The notes beneath the pieces were generated by a model. That model was not told the origin of the DNA, did no database searches, and saw only the letters and a list, made by a program, of their open reading frames with translations. A stretch of DNA of 64,000 nucleotides from a virus (taxonomy: Duplodnaviria > Caudoviricetes). The DNA lies in IMG/VR virus record IMGVR_UViG_3300042268_000478, positions 42,925-106,924 of that record; one strand, 5' to 3'. A program made the position numbers and the translations under genes. Shown here one piece after another: positions 56,634 to 64,000 of this stretch (position 1 is the stretch's first letter; the number at the start of each line of letters is the position of its first letter).

Positions 56634-56641
56634 GGTGAATA

Positions 56642-57025
56642 ATGGCTATCATGTTTCCAACCCTCGGTAAAAAGAAAGTTCATATCGGCATTGGCGATGG
56701 TAATTGGATTGAAGTATCAATGCTTCCGGTAGCCGACTACGACAGGTTTCGTGAAATCCAGTTGGATATCAGTAACTTGCCGGAAGGCGATACACAGGAA
56801 GAAAAAACAAAAAGAGTTGAAACCGTCAACTCTGCCAGAAATGAACTTCTTGCCCTTGCTGAAAAGGTCATGCCGGAAGAACTTCACGACCATGTGCGAC
56901 GGCTCGATTACATGAAACTGACCGCTCTTGTGCTAGCACTCTGCACTGGAGACGATGACTCGGAAGAAGATGATCCTGAAAAAAAAATTACCCTGCCGAG
57001 CCAGATGGAGAACAAGTCAGCGTAG
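56642..57025 (+). CDS. Tail assembly chaperone (gpG-like)
   Basis: A9 slippery run at 56979-56987. Confidence 0.75.
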   Translation: MAIMFPTLGKKKVHIGIGDGNWIEVSMLPVADYDRFREIQLDISNLPEGDTQEEKTKRVETVNSARNELLALAEKVMPEELHDHVRRLDYMKLTALVLALCTGDDDSEEDDPEKKITLPSQMENKSA

Positions 57026-57342
57026 AAGTTGACTGGGAGTACGCCGCACTCTCGATTGCCAAAACTTTTGGCTGGTCGCTTGAGTATGTTCTCTCCTTGC
57101 CATATCCGGTTTTTGAATCCGTGACGCTAAGGCTTGGAGAACTTCAAGCGGAACGTGCTAAAAACGAGGTATTCATGGGAGTTGTGGCGGCTCTCAACGG
57201 CAAAGACACAATAAAGCTGCTGATGGACAGCAGTGGAAATATCATCAAGCAAACCAAGTACAAATACACCGAAGAACAACTGAAAAAAGCAACCCAGAGA
57301 GCAATGGAGGTTGCTAAGCAATTCAGCAAAGGAAGTGAATAA
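56979..57342 (+). CDS. gpGT-like -1 frameshift extension (includes ORF 57097..57342)
   Basis: -1 frame open from the A9 run: NYPAEPDGEQVSVEVDWEYAALSIAKTFGWSLEYVLSLPYP…. Confidence 0.75.
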
Positions 57343-59033
57343 TGGCATTTGAACTTGGTACAATTGGTGCGGCTGTTACGCTTGATGATACCCAGTATGT
57401 AAAAAAAATGCATGGTATCCAGAACCAGACCATTTCAATGATGAAAAAGGTCGCTGGAATGGCTGCCATGTATCTATCCGCTCGTTCGATATTCAATTTT
57501 ATCTATGATTCTGTAAGCCTGTATTCAGACCTTGAAGAAACTTCCAGTAAATTTGGAGTAGTTTTCAGTAAGGTAGCGAAAAAAGCCCAAAAAGCAGCCG
57601 ATGAACTACAACGTTATTATGGACAGTCAGAGCAAAGCGCAAAACAAATGTTGGGCGATACTGGAGACTTGCTCACTGGTTTTGGTTTTGACCCTAAGAC
57701 TGCGCTTGAATTATCAGAGCAAGTCACTAAGCTTGGTGTTGATCTTGCCTCTTTTACTAATTATGCTGGAGGAGCAAAGGGAGCGTCTTTTGCACTGACC
57801 AAAGCTATGCTTGGAGAAACCGAACAGGCTAAAATGCTCGGCATTGCAATCAAGGCCGATACCCAAGAATACAAAACACGCTTGAAAGAAATCATGCGTA
57901 CCAAGCAAATCACCGAGTTACAGGCAAAGGCATTTCTTGCTCTTGAAATTGCGGTGCAACAATCCAAGAATGCGATTGGAGACTACGCCAGGACTCAGGA
58001 TAGCATTGCTAATCAGGGACGGCTTTTGGGAGAACGCTGGAAAGAACTTAAAGCCGCTGTTGGAGCATTTATTGATGAATTATTCGGAGTTGGAACCGGA
58101 TTAAAGTCGGTCAACAACTGGATTCTAGAAGCAACTTGCGTCATTAAAGAGCGAACCAATGAATGGGTGTTTGCGATAAAATCCGTATGGTATGAAATTG
58201 AAGCTGGAGCAAAAATAATCTGGGCTTTAATAGAGCCTGTTGCATCTCATCTTGGGGAAGTAATCAGGAGAAACTTTGAAAACATAGCCATCGGTTTCAA
58301 GAACACCATGAAAGTTGCAAAATGGTTTGCCGAAAACCTTGGGAAATTTGCGGATAACATTATTACTGTTTTTATAGCGGTTGGAAAAGATATCTTGCAT
58401 TGCATGACTTTACCACAAACGCTGATCGTTGATTCTTTTATTGAACTCGGAAAAAACATCTTCCAAATACTTTCCAATGTAGGGAAAAACATCTGGAAGG
58501 TGCTCAAGGGCGAAATGTCCCTTGAGGATGCAATGAAAGACAGCTGGTCTGGCATAAAGAATAATTTCTCTAAAGCAATTGACGGCATTAAAGACAAAGC
58601 CGCCAAAAGTTTTTCAGAAATTGGACGCAATACTGGTAAAATGCTTGACGATATTGGCGCAACAAAGTTCCCGGAACTTGAGATGCCAATAAATCCGGTT
58701 GTAGACCCGAAAACAATGATCGACAAATATTCTCAGATAGGCAAGACCATTGATGATATTAACCGTGACAAGCTGAAAAAGATACAAGACCTCGAAAAAA
58801 GACTCAAGGACAAGCTGGATAAAAAAGGAGCAGATAAAGATAAAAATGGGACTTCAAATGCTGCCGAAGCCGCTGGCAAGATGAATGTTTTTGGCAACTT
58901 CCAGGCGGCTCTTCTTGAGGTAATGGGTGGCAGTAATTCTCCCCAGAAGCGCACTGCTGACGCAGCTGAAAAACAGTTGAAAGTTCTCAGAAAGGTTGAG
59001 AGGAATACCAAAGATAACAAACTTACGTATTAA
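57342..59033 (+). CDS. Tape measure protein (short, 563 aa)
   Basis: SDLEET.SKF.VVF, DLASFTN, GETE.AK.LGI, GDYART.DS.ANQ. Confidence 0.9.
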   Translation: MAFELGTIGAAVTLDDTQYVKKMHGIQNQTISMMKKVAGMAAMYLSARSIFNFIYDSVSLYSDLEETSSKFGVVFSKVAKKAQKAADELQRYYGQSEQSAKQMLGDTGDLLTGFGFDPKTALELSEQVTKLGVDLASFTNYAGGAKGASFALTKAMLGETEQAKMLGIAIKADTQEYKTRLKEIMRTKQITELQAKAFLALEIAVQQSKNAIGDYARTQDSIANQGRLLGERWKELKAAVGAFIDELFGVGTGLKSVNNWILEATCVIKERTNEWVFAIKSVWYEIEAGAKIIWALIEPVASHLGEVIRRNFENIAIGFKNTMKVAKWFAENLGKFADNIITVFIAVGKDILHCMTLPQTLIVDSFIELGKNIFQILSNVGKNIWKVLKGEMSLEDAMKDSWSGIKNNFSKAIDGIKDKAAKSFSEIGRNTGKMLDDIGATKFPELEMPINPVVDPKTMIDKYSQIGKTIDDINRDKLKKIQDLEKRLKDKLDKKGADKDKNGTSNAAEAAGKMNVFGNFQAALLEVMGGSNSPQKRTADAAEKQLKVLRKVERNTKDNKLTY

Positions 59034-59107
59034 TTAACTTGACAAACGCTAATAGAAGTTTTATGTTTTTATATAGGTTAATTATAGAATTTGAGGATAT
59101 TCCCATA

Positions 59108-59833
59108 ATGAAGAGAATACTTTTACTTGTTGCTGTTTTTACTTTTTTTACTGCTAATATCTTTGCCGAGCAACGAGCTCGTTACAGCGCAGGTTGCCAC
59201 TTTGATGAAAACGACATGTGTAAAGAATGTCAAGGAAAAGGAAAACTAAAAAATCCTGACTACAGCCGTAAGAAAATGGGGTCAAAAAAGATTCTCATGT
59301 GTCGTTTCTGCAATGGAACTGGCAAAAAGCCTCGTAAAATTGACGGAAAACTACTGGTTACCAGAAATTACCAGCGCTATAAGAATTACACCATCAAGAG
59401 CATAGATTCCAAAGGAATTACGATCATTTTTAGCGTTTATGGGAACAAGGAAAAAGAAGCTCTCATAAAGCCTCAGCTCTGGCCCAAGCATTTGCAAAAA
59501 AGTTTAGCTGAAAAATTGTATCTTGATTCAAACGAAAAAATGTATATCCTAGAAAAGCTTCCTAATAATATTAAACTTGATGTAGGCGATGCTTTTTTAT
59601 GTACCGGCACTCCAAGCAAGAATACAATGGGCTGCTGGATGAGTCTTCCTAGATCACAGTCTCTAGTTTTTGTAAATCAAGATAAGGTCAAATTATTGAA
59701 AGCTGGTTATCAGCAAAAAATGGCTGTTTTAATTGTAGGTAAAAAAAGTAGTTATAGCTTTAATGCAGAAATCCTCTCAAAACCAACCAACAAGCAACTA
59801 GTCGCATATTTCAACGGCAATAAAATAAAATAA
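59108..59833 (+). CDS. Secreted moron protein with two CxxCxGxG motifs
   Basis: Signal peptide MKRILLLVAV…IFA; CKECQGKG, CRFCNGTG; promoter TTGACA-17-TATGTT at 59039-59067. Confidence 0.7.
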   Translation: MKRILLLVAVFTFFTANIFAEQRARYSAGCHFDENDMCKECQGKGKLKNPDYSRKKMGSKKILMCRFCNGTGKKPRKIDGKLLVTRNYQRYKNYTIKSIDSKGITIIFSVYGNKEKEALIKPQLWPKHLQKSLAEKLYLDSNEKMYILEKLPNNIKLDVGDAFLCTGTPSKNTMGCWMSLPRSQSLVFVNQDKVKLLKAGYQQKMAVLIVGKKSSYSFNAEILSKPTNKQLVAYFNGNKIK

Positions 59834-59855
59834 TAGCTCATTCATAACTGATAAG

Positions 59856-59895
59856 TTGACATCTAACGTCTCTGGTAAAAAGGAGACGTTTTTTT
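59856..59895 (+). promoter_or_regulatory. Late-gene cassette (TTGACA-N13-GTAAA + SD hairpin)
   Basis: AACGTCTC…GAGACGTT then T-run then ATG. Confidence 0.65.
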
Positions 59896-60711
59896 ATGGC
59901 TGCTGAAATAAAGAAAGAACAGGAGTTCACCACCAGCCGTGATTACCAAGGTAATCCAACAGCGCAGACTGCTCAATATCTTGTTCATGGAGCGACAAGT
60001 GAAGAAGAAGCTTTTGCTTTGTTGAGAACTACAGCCCCTTCCTTTATAGGTAATCTCGCACTCAGTTCTTATGAAATTAACGAGGTGAAAGGTGGTGGAG
60101 CGTTCACATATGACGTTAATTATGTTCAAAGCGCCTCCTCTGGTCTTGATGGCAATGGCACCGCTCAGGAACCGCAATATGGTTTTAATACAGGCAGTGC
60201 ATCTGCCAAAATGACTACTCCGCTGTCGCATCAGGGAAAATATCCTTCAGACACAGCCACACAATACGAAGGTATCGGTTGGAATGGAGAAAAATACGAA
60301 GGAGTTGAAATTGCAAAGGCTAATCCGACAGAAAGCTACACGATTACTATCAGCAAAAGTAAAGTAACAACAGACTATAAGAAAAAACTGGTAGAACTTG
60401 CGTTTACGGTAAATAATGAAAAATTCAAAGGTTGGGAAGCTGGAGAGTGTCTTTTTATAGGAGCAAATATCAGTCAGTCAGGCGATAATGACTGCACGAT
60501 TGTTTTTAATTTTGCGATTTCTCTGAATAAGACTGAAAACTTCACGATTCTTGGAATAGAAATAGATAAGAAAGACGGATGGGATTATGCCTGGGGATTG
60601 CCTAGTAAAGGAGATCATAAAGACAAAACCATCATATTAACCGGTAAGGCTGCATATGTTGACCGTGTTTACGAGCGCAAAGACTTTAAAGAGCTGGGGA
60701 TAGGTACATAA
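59896..60711 (+). CDS. Tail tip/hub protein
   Basis: Homologous to 4355..5182. Confidence 0.7.
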   Translation: MAAEIKKEQEFTTSRDYQGNPTAQTAQYLVHGATSEEEAFALLRTTAPSFIGNLALSSYEINEVKGGGAFTYDVNYVQSASSGLDGNGTAQEPQYGFNTGSASAKMTTPLSHQGKYPSDTATQYEGIGWNGEKYEGVEIAKANPTESYTITISKSKVTTDYKKKLVELAFTVNNEKFKGWEAGECLFIGANISQSGDNDCTIVFNFAISLNKTENFTILGIEIDKKDGWDYAWGLPSKGDHKDKTIILTGKAAYVDRVYERKDFKELGIGT

Positions 60712-61616
60712 TGAAATTCAACGAAGTAAAACCAGGCGATCCTTTTATTCCCAATGCCAATATGACTAATGCAATAGTCGGTATACTAAACCATGATCCT
60801 CAAATATTCAATGAAAATAGCCAGGGATTGTATCTTAAAGCTGGCGAAGTGCTGATAATTAATGACAGTGAGGTACCTCTTGATCTTTTTACTCCGGTAG
60901 CTATCACGGAGCTAGCATCTGACCCTCTAGAGCCAGCTTCTATGCTTGAAAATCAAGTCTATAAAGTACAAAAAATTACAGAAGACAATAAGAACAACCC
61001 CATCGGGATAATAACCTGTGAGCTTGAGGCCAAAGAAGCAGGCAAAGCGCCTTTGGGAAAAGCTATAATAAATGGGATTACTCCAGTTAAAGTTGTTGTT
61101 TCTGATGTGAAGCATCGATATATAGACTTTGACAATTCTGGCTGTTTCATTTCGTCAGAATCTGGCAGATTTCAATTACTTTATCCTGCCATAGCAACTG
61201 CTCCTGAAGCTCAATTTTTAAAAATCAACATTGGAGCAAGTGGTGGCGGCTCGGACTACAACGGGTATTTTAAGGTGGTGAAAACTGCTGCAAGTAAAAT
61301 AAAAATCGTAGATGGACTAAATGCAGAAGCACAAAATTGTGCAGAGATACAAGTAAATAAATTCAAGGTTAGCGTTGCGTCTCAAGAATTAACAGTTACA
61401 TCTAGCGCACCTAACATATATTTAGAATCTAAATTAAATGGCACCCCTGCCACAAGTGCAACATCTGTATTTGTAGCATTATCTCAATTACCAGATTTTA
61501 ACCCAAGTAAAACATATTCTCTAGTAAGTAGAGTTACTTTTAATAACGATGAAATATCAGATTTTACCCGTGAAAATGTACCTCTTCATGTTTATGTAAT
61601 TGGAGATTGCGAATGA
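60711..61616 (+). CDS. Tail tip protein
   Basis: Homologous to 5252..6112. Confidence 0.65.
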   Translation: MKFNEVKPGDPFIPNANMTNAIVGILNHDPQIFNENSQGLYLKAGEVLIINDSEVPLDLFTPVAITELASDPLEPASMLENQVYKVQKITEDNKNNPIGIITCELEAKEAGKAPLGKAIINGITPVKVVVSDVKHRYIDFDNSGCFISSESGRFQLLYPAIATAPEAQFLKINIGASGGGSDYNGYFKVVKTAASKIKIVDGLNAEAQNCAEIQVNKFKVSVASQELTVTSSAPNIYLESKLNGTPATSATSVFVALSQLPDFNPSKTYSLVSRVTFNNDEISDFTRENVPLHVYVIGDCE

Positions 61617-62476
61617 GTAAATTATGGTATACATCAGCAGGAAAACTTGCATTGTGCAGTAATGGTAGAGTTGCCCTTTCTGACAATTGCCCTTGTGAAA
61701 TTCCGTATTTCTCCATGAAATTTAATATAGAGCAATCTCTGTTTCGCATAGGTTTTAGCACTACACAACAATATGCAATTATAGACTGGGGTGATGGAGA
61801 AACACAATCATTGTATGAATCTGGCTGGAAATCATATTCACATGTATATGCTACCGCAGGAGAATATTTAGTAACTGTTTATGGTAATATTAGAGAGTTT
61901 ACACTTGGAGATATCTGTAGATATCAACTGACAGAAATTGATGTCGGTAATATGCCTTTCGAAAAATTTAATTTTAACAGACCAGGCAACCTGACAACTC
62001 TAACAGGAAAATTAAATGGAACTAGATTAACAAACATAGAATCGGCATTCTGGCAAGCGTATTCTTTACAAGCAATACCAGCAGGTTTTTTTGATAATTG
62101 TAACCTTTTAAAAGATTGTCATGGGGCATTTAGTAATTGCACCTCTTTACAAGCAATACCAGCAGGGCTTTTTGACAATTGCGTGCTTTTGGAAGATTGC
62201 AACGTAACGTTTAGCAGTTGCACATCTTTGCAAGCAATTCCTAATGCTATATTTAATAACTGCCCTAATATAAAAAACTTAAGTTTAACCTTCTCGCAAT
62301 GCACCTCTCTACAAGGAGCTAGTGGACAATTATGGTTGAACAATTCTAGTTCTCCAATTTATACTTTACAGCCTCCAGATTATGATGCAGGAACTCCGCT
62401 AGGATGGCTTTGTTATGCTGGGTGTACGGGATTGTCTGACTACAATACAATTCCTGATTCCTGGAAAATATCATAA
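61613..62476 (+). CDS. PKD + BspA-like leucine-rich repeat protein (putative receptor-binding)
   Basis: IDWGDG…SHVY…GEY.VTV; SLQAIPAGxFDNC repeats. Confidence 0.8.
   Translation: MSKLWYTSAGKLALCSNGRVALSDNCPCEIPYFSMKFNIEQSLFRIGFSTTQQYAIIDWGDGETQSLYESGWKSYSHVYATAGEYLVTVYGNIREFTLGDICRYQLTEIDVGNMPFEKFNFNRPGNLTTLTGKLNGTRLTNIESAFWQAYSLQAIPAGFFDNCNLLKDCHGAFSNCTSLQAIPAGLFDNCVLLEDCNVTFSSCTSLQAIPNAIFNNCPNIKNLSLTFSQCTSLQGASGQLWLNNSSSPIYTLQPPDYDAGTPLGWLCYAGCTGLSDYNTIPDSWKIS
62063..62316 (+). repeat. 81-bp tandem coding repeats (27-aa LRR units)
   Basis: CTTTACAAGCAATACCAGCAGG-like starts at 62064, 62145, 62226, 62307. Confidence 0.8.
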
Positions 62477-62754
62477 TGAAAAAAGAAATAGAAAAGTTAG
62501 ATTGTTTAATATCTAAAGAAAAGAATAAAGAAAAAATATTATTCTATAAAAAAATAAGAAGTTTTTTGATTAAAAAAATTCCATGCAAATACGGCGAATA
62601 TACAAATGAACCATTTAACACGCATGGTTGCATAACATGCGGAATCCCTAACACTGTCATTTGCTCGAATACTAACGTTATAGGAAAACGGCGAAACGGC
62701 AATTTGTGTAACCCTCAAAACTGCAAATATTTTGAACATCCAGATTTGACATAA
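62476..62754 (+). CDS. Small Cys-rich protein
   Basis: TAATG coupling to upstream gene. Confidence 0.55.
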   Translation: MKKEIEKLDCLISKEKNKEKILFYKKIRSFLIKKIPCKYGEYTNEPFNTHGCITCGIPNTVICSNTNVIGKRRNGNLCNPQNCKYFEHPDLT

Positions 62755-62762
62755 TCCCCCTA

Positions 62763-62799
62763 TTGACAAAAGCCATTTCTTATAAAAGGGATGGTTTTT
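62763..62799 (+). promoter_or_regulatory. Late-gene cassette (TTGACA-N13-ATAAA + SD hairpin)
   Basis: AAAAGCCATTTC…GGGATGGTTTTT before ATG at 62800. Confidence 0.55.
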
Positions 62800-64000
62800 A
62801 TGTTACAGAAGATTATATGTTATGTAAACGCCGATGGTCCAGTAGGGAAAGTAACCGATTCCAGTGGACAAACCATTACAGGGGCAGCAAATCCGGTCAT
62901 AGTGCGAGGAATTGATGCGTTACTTTGTGTTCGTCTCTTGCGTGAAGGCAAAGCTTATCCTGCGTCTGAATTGGCGTTTGAAACTTGGGGTTGTTATTTT
63001 TGCGACGACTGGAATGACGCAACCCCTCCCCTGATGGTAGCTGATAATGATAATATAGTTCTCGTAGAAGAGGCTGAATATACTGAACTGCAAATTCCTC
63101 TTCTCGCATCAAACACCAGTGCTATCATTGAAAGAATCACAGGAAATTCAGAAATTACCCTTGGCTTGGAACTATGCGCTTATATTGCAGGAGATGCCAA
63201 GGCTAAGTTTGCCTTGCAATTTAATCTTGATATCCGCAATCGCCGTAATATGAACGGAGAAATTCCAGCGGAACAGGCTGATCTATATTATAATGCCGAT
63301 CAGATTGACGCGCTGCTGAAAGCTGGTTACGAGCTGCAATTCAGCGTTGACGGCTCTACGTCTTGGCATGATACGCAAGTTACGGAAGATCATTACTGGC
63401 GTTATCGTTATCCGGGCGGCGTCTGGTCTGACGGAATAAAGATGATCGATAGCAGTGATTTTTCCGGTTACGGAACAAAAGAAGCCTTCGTTGACGCTGA
63501 TACTCTGCTGGCAAATGATTCTGCAAATTCCGGCAACCCGATCACAATGACTCTACTAAAAGCATGGAACTACGTCAAGAGCAAAGCCGATACAGTTTAT
63601 GCGGCGATAACTCATTCACACGCCATATCAGACGTTACCGATCTGCAAACAAGCCTGGACGCAAAACAGGCAGTCAGCGAAAAAGGGCAAGCCAACGGCT
63701 ATGCGGAATTAGATGCTGCCGGTAAAGTGCCGAGTGCACAGCTTCCGGCGTATGTTGATGATGTACTGGAATATCCCGATTTTGCCAGCCTTCCGGCAAC
63801 CGGCGAATCCGGTAAAATTTATGTCACTTTGGACAATAACCTAACTTACCGCTGGAGTGGCTCAGCTTACGTTGAAATATCAGCCAGCCTTGCGCTTGGG
63901 GAAACAGAATCAACCGCCCATCGCGGAGATCACGGCAAGGCGGCTTATGATCACTCACAATTAACCAGCGGAAATCCGCATGTCGTCACAAAAACAGATG
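62800..64000 (+). CDS. Baseplate-upper/tail fibre protein (3'-truncated; absent from ORF track)
   Basis: Open from ATG 62800 (MLQKIICYVNADG…) to window end; homologous to 7657..9057; HSHAISDVTDLQ, LDAAGKVPSAQLP, GNPH fibre motifs. Confidence 0.85.
   Translation, partial: MLQKIICYVNADGPVGKVTDSSGQTITGAANPVIVRGIDALLCVRLLREGKAYPASELAFETWGCYFCDDWNDATPPLMVADNDNIVLVEEAEYTELQIPLLASNTSAIIERITGNSEITLGLELCAYIAGDAKAKFALQFNLDIRNRRNMNGEIPAEQADLYYNADQIDALLKAGYELQFSVDGSTSWHDTQVTEDHYWRYRYPGGVWSDGIKMIDSSDFSGYGTKEAFVDADTLLANDSANSGNPITMTLLKAWNYVKSKADTVYAAITHSHAISDVTDLQTSLDAKQAVSEKGQANGYAELDAAGKVPSAQLPAYVDDVLEYPDFASLPATGESGKIYVTLDNNLTYRWSGSAYVEISASLALGETESTAHRGDHGKAAYDHSQLTSGNPHVVTKTD

Larger units (their letters stand above)
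20417..64000 (+). mobile_element. Prophage B (temperate siphovirus-like, integrated at tRNA-Pro; continues past window)
   Basis: att fragment, integrase, repressor, replication, terminase, portal, capsid and tail genes in canonical order. Confidence 0.95.

Noticed and set aside
62063-62316. Near-identical repeats in a receptor-binding gene as a DGR template/variable pair
   Set aside because: They are in-frame 81-bp LRR units, differences are not adenine-specific, and no reverse transcriptase is seen in the window

Overview
The window holds two adjacent, same-orientation siphovirus-like prophages. The host is probably a PVC-superphylum (Lentisphaerae-like) bacterium, inferred only from gene style. 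Prophage A (1 to about 19.7 kb, GC-richer, left end outside the window) shows its tail module. That module contains an orphan AIDA-I/TibA-type beta-helix repeat gene directly followed by an intact Aah/TibC-family autotransporter heptosyltransferase, both embedded among tail-fibre genes. It also carries a LamG+GH9 glycosidase and then an amidoligase plus two gamma-glutamylcyclotransferase genes. A 47-bp 3' fragment of tRNA-Pro(GGG) at 20417-20463 (minus strand) marks the att junction of prophage B (20.4 kb to beyond the window end, AT-richer). Prophage B runs: integrase, repressor switch, recombination/replication genes, many small early genes, a ParB/glycosyltransferase/MgsA-C-like/WbqC/PIG-L modification cluster just before the terminase, defence morons (AbiTii, SLATT), head genes, a minor-capsid-metallopeptidase fusion, two tRNAs (Met-CAT, Gly-TCC) and tail genes. 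Prophage B also shows three recurring cis motifs: sense-strand AACCACA boxes at ribosome-binding sites, a TTGACA-N12/13-GTAAA cassette (usually with an SD-occluding hairpin) before late genes, and an AATTTACTAAATTAAC operator-like box at early promoters. All protein calls come from motif recognition by eye; no database search was run.
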